Source: an uncultured Planctomycetota bacterium (GTDB taxonomy: Bacteria; Planctomycetota; Planctomycetia; Isosphaerales; Isosphaeraceae). Taken from it: a stretch of DNA of 64,000 nt. Of the stretch, positions 20,156-32,200 are shown piece after piece. Each line of letters begins with the position of its first letter. The stretch's first letter is position 1. Below the pieces are notes generated by a model. The model saw nothing but the letters and a program-made list of their open reading frames with translations, did no database searches and had not been told where the DNA came from. The position numbers were made by a program, and so were the translations under genes. The stretch covers positions 74,875-138,874 of the forward strand of contig CAWJTV010000040.1 in the NCBI GenBank assembly GCA_963845755.1. Direction: 5' to 3'.

Positions 20156-21687
20156 GTACCCGTTCATGGGGCGTGATAGCTGGAATTAGGCGGCCTCGAT
20201 CTTTGGTGGAGTCACCGGGACGAGGGAGGGGATCGATTGGTTGCTCCGAGCCGCTTCAAAGCACGATGTCAGGTAGCCCAGCACGTCTCGTCCCTGCTGC
20301 CGGCACGTGGCCACCACGGTCAACATCCGCTCGACGAACCGGCTCCCCTCGCGCTGTCGGTCCCCCCGCTGATCCGCCGCCAGATCACGGCGTGCCGCTC
20401 GGCGCCTCCGCCGCATTGTTGTCGGGAGGCACCCCCTCGACCCGCGCGAAGGTCCACAAGCTCCCCTCCACGCGCAGGATCTCGGCGCACATCCCGCGCG
20501 TCCGCGGACATCCGCACCGCGCACCGTCGTCCAGCGCCGCTTTGACCTCGCGCCTCACCCGGGTCATCGTCGCGCGGAATCGCCCCCGATCCACCCGCTC
20601 GGCCTCGAGGCGATGCCACCAGCGGTACAACCGATCCGACAGCCTCAACAGTCGTCGGCCGATCGGTTCGGCCGCCCCGCCGCGGTCGATCATCGCCTGG
20701 AAATCGCGGCGGAGATGGCTCCAGCAGATCTGCCGGCCGGCCGCGGCGATCCAGTCGTAGGAACTGCAACGGTCGGTCACCGCGATCGAGCCGTCGTGCG
20801 TCCCCAGGACCGCTCGGGCCACCTTGGCGGTGCGGTTGCGGGCGATGGTGAAGACGGTGAACATCGCGGTCACCGCCGCCCAAAGCCAGGCCTTGCGCCG
20901 CTCCTCCCGCCAGGAGGTCTCGTCGGCATGGATCACCTCCGCCGTGTGGACGGCGACGGCCAGCTCGTTATAGGGGGCCTCCAGCACGGCGGCCGATTGT
21001 CGCTCCAGCTTGGAGATCATCCCGGTGGAGATCGACAGCCCCAACAGATCGCCGGCGAGTTGCTGGATCTGCCGCTTGCTGAGGCGGTAGGCGCCGGCCA
21101 GGGTCGCCAGCACGGCCTGAGTGTACGGGCTGAAGTGGCTGGTGGAGACCCCCTCGGGGAGGGTCGCACACGTGGTCGTCCCACAGTCCGGACAAGCGAG
21201 CCGATGCAGCCGGTATTCGTCCACGAGTGGCTCGATCCCGGGGCAGGTCGGCGACCTGATGGATCAAGGGTGTGGGATCCTCGCCGTGCAGCGCATGGCC
21301 GCAGCGACGACAGGCCCCGGGCCGACGATCGGTGGACGATCGGAGCTCCTCGGGAGGGACCAGGGCGCGGAACGCCTTGCGATGGCCGGGTTGTCCGCCG
21401 CGTTTGCGCCGCGAAGGCGGAGTCGGCGGCTTTCGTTTCAGGCCGATCGGGTCGGAAGAGGGGGGCTTGGAGGAATTCGTCGAGTTGAGTCCGAGCCGGG
21501 CCCGGAGATCGCGCACGGTGGTCTTCAACTCGGCGATCTCATCCCGGAGCACATTCCAGGCATCGAGGAGGGCGGCTTGCGCGTCCTCGGGCACGGTGCT
21601 CCAGAGTGGCTCAGGGATCGGAAGCTGCTGACTCATATACAGTAATACGAACTAACTGTACAAATTGTTCGGGGTGTGAACGGCTAC
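20156..21687 (-). mobile_element. single-ORF IS66-family (ISBst12-like) element; transposase 20186-21636, frameshifted
   Basis: IRs GTACCCGTTCA / GTAGCCGTTCA; 8-bp target duplication CGGGCGTC (20148-20155, 21688-21695); NSTNSSKPPSSD, HADETSW, QICWSHLRRDF, PDNNAAE. Confidence 0.95.
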
Positions 21688-21794
21688 CGGGCGTCCGGTC
21701 GCATGAGCAATAGCAATTGCATCTATCGGGGCAACGCCGGTGATGGGCAGCCTCCAGGCCGTCACAGACGTTATATTCACCAAATTCTGACGCG

Positions 21795-21822
21795 AGCGAA
21801 CATAACTTCCATTATCGGACGT
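21795..21822 (-). other. dif-like site A: ACGTCCGATAA-TGGAAG-TTATGTTCGCT
   Basis: 11-6-11 architecture; arms identical to site C at 48623. Confidence 0.7.
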
Positions 21823-22283
21823 AGGGGACAGCAAGAAGACCGTGGCGGCGAGATGCAATTCTCTCGACGGCGTTGAGAGTTTGGCAACGCGGTCGGTTCG
21901 CAGTCGGGCGGCGATCCCGAACACAGTTCGCTTTCTTCCAAGCAGGGTATCAGGTGGCGCAAGGCGAAACAGCGGGTCTTGCCCATATTCTCGGCCGACA
22001 TAGCCAACCAGGAGTGGGAGGTGGAAATCTCGCCGAGTTCGCGTTATGACACAGAAGGCGAACTGGTGGGAAGCGCGTTGCGCTTCCGCTCAACTCGGCG
22101 TCGGGCTGACCTCCGGGAGCCTTCGGGCCGTTCTTACTCCTTCCTTCGGCACAACCTCGGACAGGTGCAAGTTCGCTTTCCGATCCTCCGCCCCCTTCTC
22201 AGAATTCCGAAAGAAAATCTGCGCCGCGGTCCGGGTCGGACTCACATTCATTATAGAGCACGGGCACGAGGGGATTCCGACAC

Positions 22284-25193
22284 ATGGCCATCGAGACGCT
22301 GGGCGCCGCCCTGCGACAGATCAACCGCTTGTTCGCCGGCGGCGTGATCACGGGGCTCTCCGACGCGCAGCTCCTCGAGCGTTTCCTCTCCCACGGGGAC
22401 GCCGGGTCCTTCGAAGCGCTCGTGGGGCGGCACGGACCGATGGTCCTGAGCGTCTGCCGGGGGATCCTCCGCGATCCGCACGATGCCGAGGACGCCTTCC
22501 AGGCGACCTTCCTGGTCCTGGTCAAGACGGGCGGTACAATCCGGGGAGGAGATGCCTTGGCGGGCTGGCTGCACCGGGTCGCGCGTCGCGTCGCGAACCA
22601 GGCCAATGTCGCCTCGGCCCGGCGGCGCAGGCTCGAAAGTCAGGTGGGACAGATGGCTGTCGCGACTTCAACGAATGGCCCGGCCGCCTCGGATGAATTG
22701 ATCCCGGTGCTGCATGAGGAGATCGACCGGCTGCCCGAGAAGTACCGTCTCGCGCTCGTCTACTGTGACCTGGAGGGTATGACCCAGGCGCAGGCCGCCG
22801 GGCAATTGCACTGGAGCAGACGGACGCTTCAACACCGGCTGGCCGAAGGGCGTGCTCGGCTCCGGCGCCGACTGGCCCGACGCGGGCTAGCACCCGACGG
22901 CGCGGCTCTGGGCGCGGTGTTGCTGCGCAAGGCGCGGGCCGCCGTGCCGGCCGCCTGGAGCGAAGCGACCGTCCGTGCCGCGGTCGCCTTCGCGAACCCC
23001 ACAATGACCGTTTGGGCCGTCTCGCCGGCGGCCCGGGAATTGACCCGGGAGGTATTCAAGGTCATGTTGCTCCAGAAGCTCACACTGGCGTCACTCGCGT
23101 TTCTGGCGGCCGGCCTGACCGTCTGGGGCGCGTCGGCCGCCTTGGTCTCGCTCCAGGACGGGCCCTCGCCGAAGTCGGCCGCGGGACCGAGTCCTTCCAT
23201 ACAACGGCAGGCTGAGGCCGCGTTCCCACAGCCCGGACCGACTCCGTCCGAGACACCCGGTAAGGTCAAGGTTGGCGGGCGGGTACTCGGGCCGGATGGT
23301 CGGCCCATCGCGGGTGCGAAGATCTACCGCGCCCGGCCCTCGGCGATTCCCTCTGGCACTCGGACCCGTCGCGCGAGTCCGCGACGACCGGACGGGACGG
23401 CGGCTTCCAGTTCCGCGCCAGCCGGTGGGCTGATTTCACGATCGACAACGTGAAACTCCGATATGAGAGGACCGTCGTCGCAGCGGCGGCGGTCGGCTAC
23501 GGGGTCACCTGGGCGGAAGTTCCCCCGGGGGGCCGGAGTGACGGCCTGTCGCTTCAACTCGTCGAGGACCGGCCGATCACCGGCCAGGTCGTCGATCTCG
23601 AAGGCAAGCCGGTCCCCGGCGCGACGCTCCGGGTGCTGGAGATCCGCGCCGCGGCCGGGGAAGACCTCGGTCCCTGGCTCGAAGCCGTCAGGGCCAGGAG
23701 GGGGACACGCTACCAGCTCGAGCAGAAGTACCTTCCGCGGAGCACCATCACGCCGGCCCCGAAGCTCACCGCCGATGCCGAAGGGCGTTTCCGGCTCACC
23801 GGCATCGGACGCGACCGCCTCGTCGTGGCGCAGACTCGACGGCCCGACCATCGCCAGCCAGGAGCTCAGGATCCTGACGCGCCCGGGAGAGGCCCTCACC
23901 GTGGCCCCGTTCCGGTTCCCGGCCGAAGGGACCACGACCTACTACGCGGCCGATTTCCGGCATGCGGCGGCCCCGACCAGGCCAATCGCCGGCGTGGTCC
24001 GCGACAAGGACACGAAGGAGCCGCTGGCCGGGATCATCATCATGAGCATCCAAATGGCTGATCACCGGTGGTCTGGCCATCAGATGGTCCAGACCACGAC
24101 CGACGCCGAGGGACACTATCTGCTGCTGGGCATGCCCAAAGGGGAAGGGAACCGGATCAAGGTCCTCCCGGACAAAGACCGGCCGTACATCGTCTCCTAC
24201 AAGGACGTCCCCGATCGTCCCGGGCTGGACCCGGTCACGGCCGATGTTGAGCTGAGGCGCGGCATCTGGATCGAGGGCAGGCTGACCGACAAGGTGACCG
24301 GCAAGCCCTTGGTCGGGCCCGTGCGATATTACCCTCAAGCCGGCAACCCGAACATCGAGGCTTACGGCTATATCCCCGGTGCGAGTTCCTATGCCGCGGC
24401 CGGCGAGGACGGATCCTACCGCCTGGCTGGCATGCCGGGACCCGGCCTGGTCGCCGTGCCTTACCCACTCGGCCCGGTCGGCGTCCGTTTCGTGGACGGC
24501 TACCTCAGGGCCAACGAACGGGACGACGAGTTCGGGGCCGAGGAGATCTACCTGCCGACGATCTCGGCACCCACCATGAATTACTGCGCCATCGCCCGGA
24601 TCGACGCGGCCACGGGTGCGAGATCGGTCAAGCGTGACCTGACGGTCGACCCGGGCTTGACCTTCAAGGGGACGGTGCTCGGACCGGACGGCCGGCCCCT
24701 GGCCGGGGCGTGGGGCGTCGGCCTGACCGCCCGGGGGAACTTCTCGGACAAAGACTGGGAGATGATGAAGACCGCCGAGTTCACGGTCAGCGGTTACGAC
24801 CCACATCGGCCGCGGCCCCTCCTCTTCCAGCATCCGGAGAAGGGGCTGGTCGGAGTGGCCCAGCCCCCAAAGAACGAGGGCGATTCGATCACCGTGCAAC
24901 TCCGGCCCGGCGTGACGGTCGAGGGCCGGCTGGTCAACCCGGACGGGCGGGCGCGGCCCAGCGTGGAACTGGTCATCCGGCGCCACTACAAGGAGCCCGT
25001 TCAGCCAGACGCCGTCATGTATTTCCCCACGCGAAGTAAGACGGATCAGCAGGGTCGGTTCCTCATCAAGGGTCTGTTGCCCCAGCAGGAGTTCATCCTG
25101 TTCGATGGGAAAGAAGGCGAACGGCCCCTGGGCGAGGGACTCCGTTCGGGGGAGACGAAGGACCTGGGCGACGTGACGCTCGGGAGTGAGTGA
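22284..25193 (+). CDS. ECF sigma-70 factor with transmembrane segment and long carboxypeptidase-regulatory-like extension (frameshifted)
   Basis: LSDAQLLERF...HGPMVLSVCRGIL...DAEDAFQATFLVL; IDRLPEKYR; repeated GRVLGPDGRP motifs. Confidence 0.9.
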
Positions 25194-25419
25194 CGAGCGG
25201 AGGCCGGACGAGCCGGGGGTGTCGGACCGAAGTTGAGATCCCCGCTCGCCGAGGGGGCCGGAAGTTGAAAACGAGCGATCTATGAGACCACCATCGGATC
25301 CCAAGACCCCACGATCGTCGGACCCGTCGGGCGCCTTACAGGATGATGCTCGCTATCCGCGGGCGCCTTGGCCTCGCGCCTGTAACTGATCCCCCCGGCT
25401 CCTCAAGGGCGGCCAGGAC

Positions 25420-25830
25420 ACGACCATCTTCTACACACTCCAGCCGGGCTACGATACTCACTCCGCCCAGCTCCTCGCGCACAGCAACCTCCTCCGCGAG
25501 CTCTCCGATGCCCTGAAGGCGTTCCTCGACGACCTGGCCGCGGCCGGGCTGGCGGACCGGGTGGCGGTGTTGCTCTTCAGCGAGTTCGGCCGGACCGTCG
25601 CCGAGAACGGCTCGGCCGGCACCGACCACGGCACGTCGGGCCCCGTCTTCCTCGCCGGACCGAATGTCCGGGGTGGTCTCGTGGGGGCGACACCGAGCTT
25701 GCTCGATCTGGACCCGAAGTTCGGCGACCTCAGGACGACCATCGACTTCCGCCGGATCTACGCCCCCATCCTCGACGATTGGCTCGGCCTGCGATCGAAG
25801 CAAGCCCTGGGCGGCGCGTTCTCGCGAGCG
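25420..25830 (+). pseudogene. DUF1501-family C-terminal fragment
   Basis: GYDTHSAQ...LFSEFGRTVAENGSAGTDHG...TIDFRRIYAPILDDWLG; boundaries approximate. Confidence 0.8.
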
Positions 25831-25855
25831 CCTCGCTGTGAAGAATTCGTGAAGA

Positions 25856-25892
25856 CAATGGCCCATTTTGTCGCGAATCGTTGCCATACCCC
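25856..25892 (-). repeat. Tn3-like terminal IR relic (GGGGTATGGCAACGATTCGCGACAAAATGGGCCATTG); second copy at 48573-48608
   Basis: 36 bp with 2 mismatches to the second copy; sits at the junction of two gene fragments. Confidence 0.65.
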
Positions 25893-26075
25893 ATCCACGG
25901 TAGGCCCGGCTCCGGTGACGGTGAAGTCCTGGTGGATCAGGGCGTTGGCCACCAGTTCGCGGACGGCCAGCTCAGGGTACATGCGGACGGTCGTCCGGAG
26001 CGCCTGGCCGATCTGCTCAGTCTGCGGGACCTGGTCATTGATGTAGCCGATCATTTCCTCGAAGCCGACCGCGTA
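25893..26075 (-). pseudogene. internal fragment of an AlbA/HATPase_c_4-type ATP-binding regulator
   Basis: YAVGFEEMIGYIN...MYPELAVRELVANALIHQDFTVTG. Confidence 0.7.
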
Positions 26076-26085
26076 CCAGAGGTCC

Positions 26086-26265
26086 TCACAGCCGCTCCCG
26101 GATCTCCCGGGCAAGGCAGACCCGACACGCCGGCCGATGAGCCAGCCGGCCGATGAGCCAGAGGAGCGGCCAGAACAGCACGAGCCCCGATGGGAGGCGT
26201 GGGAGGTCCCCCATGTAATGGAGCGTCCGTCGGCCGCATCGCCGACAGTAGCGGATTGTTCTCAC
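26086..26265 (-). CDS. small LITAF-like Zn-ribbon membrane protein
   Basis: GTG start after GGAGG; YCRRCGRRTLH - hydrophobic stretch - ACRVC. Confidence 0.5.
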   Translation of the reverse strand: MRTIRYCRRCGRRTLHYMGDLPRLPSGLVLFWPLLWLIGRLAHRPACRVCLAREIRERL

Positions 26266-26408
26266 GAATCGAGCCCCCTCCACCCCACATGCCGAGCAAC
26301 TCCGGCCGCGCTCAGCGGGCCAGGAGGGCAAAACTTTATTCAGAAGTTGGTTGCCCAAAGGCTCGCCGCGCCTGATCCTTCCCGTGGACGATCGCGGTGC
26401 GCGCAAAG

Positions 26409-26436
26409 AAGAACCCGGGTTGCCCCCCGGGTTCTT
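26409..26436. terminator. hairpin, possible intrinsic terminator
   Basis: AAGAACCCGGG-N6-CCCGGGTTCTT; short T tail only. Confidence 0.45.
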
Positions 26437-26799
26437 TGTGTGGTCAAACCCCCAAGAGTGTCATTTCGAGGAGACTGACCCCAATGCAATCCAAAGGAAT
26501 TCTAGAACGTGGGACGGAATCTGCAATAGGGGCCCCCGAACCCCGTCGGCGAAGGCTGCCATGGAGGGTGGTACCCGCCTTCTTCCAGCGGGTTCGGGGC
26601 ACTCCCGACAAGACCAGACAAACCTTGGCCACGGCGCACCCATTCGTCGGATCGACCGAAGTGTCAAAGGGCCGCCGCCGCGGATCTACGACAGGCGAGG
26701 GGGAAGTGACCAGCAACTTCGTCGAACTGAATCTCCGCCTCGATGAACGAGGTTGTCGGGTGCCGCTCGATGAAACCACGTATCCGGAATTGTAGGTGG

Positions 26800-27264
26800 T
26801 CAGGGATGGCTGTTCGGGTCTTCGACGGTCAGCCCTTCGGCGGTGGCGGCGGTGTTGAGGTCGCGGTCGGCGGAGACGAAGACGAACGCGCCCAGGCGGT
26901 TGGCGGACCAATCCCGGTAAACGTCGAGGGCGGCGGCGAGCTGGACGGCGTCATAGGCGCGGAGACGGTGCTTGTTCGCCAGCGTCATGGCGTCGTTTAT
27001 CAGGGCTGGCGTGATCTGCGAGGGGAAGTAGCGCCCGGCCAGATGCGTACGGAACCGCGAGAGGAGTAAGGAGGCTTTCGCCGCCGAAAGCTTCCCGCCC
27101 CGGTGCCGGGCGATGGCGGACGTCACTTCGACGGCAGTGATGAGCGAAATATAAATATCCGTGGATGACAGGCGGCGCGTGATGCCGCGCACCCACGCCG
27201 TGCCGGTTTCCCGGACGTCACGCTTGACCAGGGCGCTGGAATCAACGAAGTAGGCAGTCGCCAT
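26800..27264 (-). CDS. vapC: PIN-domain (VapC-type) toxin
   Basis: YFVDSSALVK...E.G; ITAVEVTSA; LRAYDAVQLAAA; FVSADRDL. Confidence 0.9.
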   Translation of the reverse strand: MATAYFVDSSALVKRDVRETGTAWVRGITRRLSSTDIYISLITAVEVTSAIARHRGGKLSAAKASLLLSRFRTHLAGRYFPSQITPALINDAMTLANKHRLRAYDAVQLAAALDVYRDWSANRLGAFVFVSADRDLNTAATAEGLTVEDPNSHP

Positions 27265-27266
27265 AG

Positions 27267-27599
27267 TCAGCGCCGCTCGCGGATGATGGTTTCCGACAGC
27301 GGCTCGCCCTCGATGGTGATCGGCTGATCGTCGGGATCGTCGTCATCAAGGTCAAGGGCGGGATTGGGCAGCGAAGCAAGGCGTCCCTCCGCCAGTAGCC
27401 GCTGATTGAACTCGTCGCGCGTCATAGGCTTCTTTCTGGCCGGTGGCGCAGCGGGCTTGGCTCGTTTGGCAGACGCCGGGGACACGAGCTTCTTCGGCTG
27501 GGCGAGTTGGCGGTCGAGCTGCTGGCGGAGCTGGCGGAGCTGCTCCGGTGACAGGCCCTCGATGCTGCTCAGGAGGTGGTTGAAGTCGCTATGCGTCAT
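27267..27599 (-). CDS. putative antitoxin
   Basis: Immediately upstream of the PIN gene; acidic C-terminus ending PITIEGEPLSETIIRERR. Confidence 0.75.
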   Translation of the reverse strand: MTHSDFNHLLSSIEGLSPEQLRQLRQQLDRQLAQPKKLVSPASAKRAKPAAPPARKKPMTRDEFNQRLLAEGRLASLPNPALDLDDDDPDDQPITIEGEPLSETIIRERR

Positions 27600-27722
27600 G
27601 GGGTGGTACTCATCATCAGTTCGTTATCATTAACGTACAGGTTACCATGGCTGGGGACGTTTGCCAAGCCGGGGCTGGGGAATCGTGGCAGGTCAAGCAT
27701 CGCTGCTTGTCTCGCCGGGTTG

Positions 27723-27748
27723 TCCTTGATAAAGGACGTTATCAAGGA
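27723..27748. other. tyrosine-recombinase-type site TCCTTGATAA-AGGACG-TTATCAAGGA
   Basis: Perfect 10-bp inverted arms around a 6-bp asymmetric spacer, 21 nt upstream of the integrase start. Confidence 0.75.
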
Positions 27749-27769
27749 TAACCAGCGAGGGACGGACAG

Positions 27770-28756
27770 ATGGACGGCGAGGTGTTGCCGGCGGTGATAC
27801 GGTCAGGCGGTGCAGAAGTGATTCCGGCGGTAGTGGTCGAGGCGGGCAGTGCCGCCCGCTTCGTCTGGGAGGAGTTCTTCGTTGGGGAAATCCGCAACCG
27901 GCATACGCGGCGGGCCTACGCTCACGCCGTGCGGCGGTTCCTTGCGTGGTGCGAGGCCGAGGGAGCGACGCTGCAACAGGTCACGCCGGGACTGGTGGGG
28001 CGATACCTCGACCGGCACCCGGGCGGCATCCCGACCAGGAAGCAGCATCTGGCGGCCCTTCGCGGCTTCTTCGACATGCTCGTACTGCGGCATGTCGTCG
28101 TGCTGAACCCGGCCGCCTCGGTGCGCGCCGAGCGCTATCAGGTCGAGGAAGGCAAGACGCCGGAAATCACGGCAGCGCAGGCCCGAACGCTTTTTCATTC
28201 GATCGGCCCCGGCGATGTGGCCGGCCTGCGCGACCGGGCGATCATCGCCGTACTCATCTTCACCGCCGCCCGCGTTGGGGCAGTCGCCAGGCTGAGGCTC
28301 GATAGCCTGTCGCCGGGCGAGGGGCAGGCCAGCCTGCGGTTCGACGAGAAGGGCGGCAAGTGTCGCGACATCCCTCTGCGGGCCGATCTGGGGCAGTATC
28401 TGTTCGCCTATCTGGAGGCGGCGGGGCTGCACGGCCCCGCCGAGGGTCCGATGTTCCGCACGGCGAAAGGCCGGTCAGGCAACCTGTCGGCACGGGCGAT
28501 GTCGGCGGGCGATGTCGGATGCATGCTCAAGCGTCGGCTGAAGGCCGCCGGGCTGCCAGAGCACCTGTCGCCACACTCGTTCAGGGTGGCGACGGCGACG
28601 AATCTGCTTGGAAAAGGCGTTCCGCTCGAAGAAGTGCAACACCTGCTTGGCCATGCCGACCCGCGGACGACGCGGCTCTACGACCGGCGGGCGAAGAAGG
28701 TGTCGCGCAGATGGTTGACCGGATTTCGATCCTGGATGCGGACTAGGCCGCGTTAG
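27770..28756 (+). CDS. XerD-like tyrosine recombinase
   Basis: N-domain NRHTRRAY; catalytic set AAR, EKGGK, HSFR, LGH and TRLY all present. Confidence 0.95.
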   Translation: MDGEVLPAVIRSGGAEVIPAVVVEAGSAARFVWEEFFVGEIRNRHTRRAYAHAVRRFLAWCEAEGATLQQVTPGLVGRYLDRHPGGIPTRKQHLAALRGFFDMLVLRHVVVLNPAASVRAERYQVEEGKTPEITAAQARTLFHSIGPGDVAGLRDRAIIAVLIFTAARVGAVARLRLDSLSPGEGQASLRFDEKGGKCRDIPLRADLGQYLFAYLEAAGLHGPAEGPMFRTAKGRSGNLSARAMSAGDVGCMLKRRLKAAGLPEHLSPHSFRVATATNLLGKGVPLEEVQHLLGHADPRTTRLYDRRAKKVSRRWLTGFRSWMRTRPR

Positions 28757-28796
28757 CCATTCATTAAGGATTCTGGCATACCATGGGATAAACGTA

Positions 28797-28813
28797 ATAA
28801 CGTCCTTTATCAA
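28797..28813 (-). other. second, inverted recombination-type site (17-bp exact inverted copy of 27726-27742)
   Basis: ATAA-CGTCCT-TTATCAA is the reverse complement of TTGATAA-AGGACG-TTAT. Confidence 0.75.
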
Positions 28814-28815
28814 TT

Positions 28816-29295
28816 ATGACACAGCCAGGCAAGGCGATGAAATCAGGACGCAGCTTAAGCTATTGGCAACTGACACCGGAGCAGAAGCAATGGCTTCGCG
28901 GCGCCGGAAGCGTCGTCCTGGCCCGGACGATGGGCCTTTTCGCGGCGGCGATCGTCGGCACCGCGATAGCGGTCCTCGCCATGGATTCCTTGTTGCGTGA
29001 CCATGACGCAGCGGCGTACTGGCGCCTGGCGGAGGGCATGGCGGTCGTTCTTCTGGGCCTGTTCGTTCACCTGGGACAGCGGTGGGCGTCCCTCGGCCTG
29101 ATGGCGTTGTATACGATCGACCGGATCACCGGCAACCTAGCCGCATACAGGCACGGCGATGCGTACTACGTCGGCCATCTCGGATTCTGGCTGTTCATCG
29201 GGGCGCTGGCCTGGGCGGCCTGGATGCGGGTCTTCTCGGTTGCTTACCGGGCCGAGCTGCGGCAGTTGGCCGGGGGCGAGCCGGTTTCATGCTGA
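28816..29295 (+). CDS. small integral membrane protein
   Basis: About four hydrophobic segments; overlaps the start of the next gene. Confidence 0.6.
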   Translation: MTQPGKAMKSGRSLSYWQLTPEQKQWLRGAGSVVLARTMGLFAAAIVGTAIAVLAMDSLLRDHDAAAYWRLAEGMAVVLLGLFVHLGQRWASLGLMALYTIDRITGNLAAYRHGDAYYVGHLGFWLFIGALAWAAWMRVFSVAYRAELRQLAGGEPVSC

Positions 29296-32200
29296 TCTGG
29301 ATCAGCGTCCTCCTGCTCATCGCGGGTTATGCCCTGGAAGCGGTGCTGCCCGGCGGCGGGACGGGCGACGTCAACACCAAGTCCATGAACACCGTGACGA
29401 AGCTGGAGAAGGTCGAGCAGGCCATGACCGGCTTCATGGAGAAGAACGGGCGCAGGCCCTGCCCCGCCGACGGGCAGTATGACGTCAACACCAAATATTT
29501 CGGGATCGAGGCGGCGAATTCGGGCACCTGCACCGGCGGTACGCCGGTCGCCGATTTCGTAGGGACCAGTTCGAGCCCACCGGCAATACCACCAGCGGCT
29601 CCACCCTCGTCACCAGCATCGGTTCGACCAGCGGGCTGTCGCCGGGCCTGGGCGTTTCGGGAGCCGGCATCCCGACGAACGACTATATTGCCAGCATCAC
29701 CAGCTCGACGTCGGTGACGCTCAATGCCGCGGCCACCTCCACGGCCAGCGGCGTTTCGCTAGACCTTCACCAATTATGCGGTCGGCGGCGTCATCCCGAC
29801 CAAATCGCTCGGGCTCGACGATTCGTATGCCGTCAACGATTTCGGCCACCGCATCACCTATGTCGTTGACTCGCGGGCGACCTCGCAGACCGGGTGCCTG
29901 ACTTTGGAGAACGCGCCGACCTTTAACGGCACGGGCGGCCTCGCCATCGAAACCTCCACCGGCGGTACGCTGCTGAGCAATGCCATGGCCGCCTATGTCA
30001 GCCACGGGCCGGACGGCCACGGGCCTTCCCGGCGCAGGGCAGCACGGTGGCGGGGCGCATCAACAGCGGCTCGACCGACGCCGACGAACTGACCAACGCC
30101 GGGGTGAATTCCAGCTTCACCTACAGCCCGGCGATTTTCAGCAACGTGAAAGTGCAGAAGCCGAGGACCTCCACCTTCGACGACATCACCTATTACGCCA
30201 ATTACCAGCAAAACACCTGCTGCGTCGGCGTCAAATGCGCCCTCCCGCCTTCCTACGGCTTCCGCGTCAACGGCACGGGCAATCAGGACCAGTTGGGCGG
30301 CGGCACTGTCGCCGTCGCCGACGTCAACGGCGACGGCTATGCCGACCTGGTTACGATAGATGATAATAATATAATCTACGTCATTTTCGGCGGGCCGACG
30401 GGCATCACCAATCCGTTCACTCCCGGTGCGACCGGGGGCAACCTCAACGGCAGCAATGGCTTTACCCTCATAAACACCACCTGCCAGGGCAATTTTACCG
30501 TCGGCGACATCAACGGCGACGGCGCTGCCGATATCGTCGCAATAACGAACAACGGTGACAGCACCGCCGTGTTCTACGGGCAGAAATGCGGCGGGCAATG
30601 GCCGACGCCCTGCTCGGCGTCTTACGACTGGGGGTCGATCACGGCCTGCCAGGGATTTTCCGTCAATGTCACCGGCGGTTCGCCCGATGAGGTCGCCGTC
30701 GGCGATGTCAACGGCGACGGCATCGGCGACCTCGTCATCAGTAATCCGCAGACCGGCCCGGGAGCGTCCGGCACCGTGACTTTCACCACCAATCCCACCA
30801 ACAACGAAACGATTTCGCTGAACGGGCAGAGTTGGAAATTTACCACCGGCACGGCGGGATCTGGCAAAACGGTCATCCAGGGGACCCTCGCCGCGACGCT
30901 TACCCAACTGGCCTCCGACCTGAACGCATCCACCAATTCCAGTATTAATATCGCCTCCTATTCCGCCAGCGCCACGATGCTGACCGTCTCGTATTATTGG
31001 GGAGGAACGGCGGGCAATTCCTATGCCTTAGAGCGCTCGGAAAAAATGAATCCACTGGCACGCTGTCTGCTCTTGAGTCCTTCGGAGAGTGATCTCCCGA
31101 ACCGAAGGAGGACCACCATGAAACCCCTTGTCTCCGATGCGCTGTGGAAGCGCCTGGAGCCCTTGCTGCCACCCCCGCCTCCGCGCCGCTTCCGCTTCCC
31201 GGGACGCAAACCCCTGGACTACCGCAAGATCCTCACCGGCATCTTGTTCGTGCTCAAGACCGGCATCGCCTGGGACGACTTGCCCGCCGACCTCGGCTGC
31301 GGCTGCGGCAAGACCTGCCGGTCCTACCTGCAGGCGTGGCAGCAGGCCGGTGTCTGGCGCCAGTTGCACGCCGTCTTGCTGGCCGAGCTCAACGGCGCTG
31401 ACGCGATCGACTGGGAGCGGGCGCTGATCGACGCCTCCTTCGCCAAGGCCCCGGAAGGGGGCGAGGATACCGGCCCGAATCCGACGGACCGGAGCAAATC
31501 CGGCAGCAAGCACCACGTGATGACCGACGCCCAAGGCGTGCCGCTGGCGGCGACGGTGACCGCCGCCAACGTCCCCGAGATCACCCAGGTCTTCACGACG
31601 CTCGACGACATGCCGCCGGTGGGCGGCAAGCCGGGGCCGAAGCGGCAGAAGCCCGACCGCTTGCAGGGGGATCGGGGCTACGACTCGGAACCGGTGCGGC
31701 AGGGTTTGCGCGGCCGGGGGACCACGCCGGTGCTGGCGGCCCGCAATACGGAGCACGGCAGCGGTTTGGGCAAGTCCCGCTGGTACGTAGAGCGGACCAT
31801 CGCGTGGCTGCACTCCTTCGGCCGGCTGCGCCGCCGTTTGGATCGGCTCACCGAGATTCAAGACGCGTTCCTCAAGTTAGCATGTTCCTTGATCTGTTTG
31901 AGGCTCCTGGGCCAGTGAACTCATTTTTTCCGAGTCGCTCTTAAGCAAAGGCACCGCCGCCAGCGCCGTCAGCGCCGCCCATCTGGCAGGCGGCGTGGCC
32001 AATTACGGCCAGGTGGACGTGATCTTCGGCCAGAACGCCGCAAATAACTGTGTCGCCGGCACCGGATCGATCAACGGCACACAAACCGGGTTCTATGCCG
32101 AGAGCCGCACCAGCAGCAGCCCCAAGGGCCTGCTCATCAACGGCCCAGCGCCACGGGGTATTTCGGCCAGCCAATAGGCATCGGCGATGTTGACGGCAGC

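Noticed and set aside
30047..31918. 623-aa ORF that looks like an adhesin-transposase fusion
   Set aside because: It is read-through from the interrupted adhesin into IS5. The transposase has its own RBS and ATG (31118), and the left IR is one base shorter than the right, so the shared frame may be an indel artefact.
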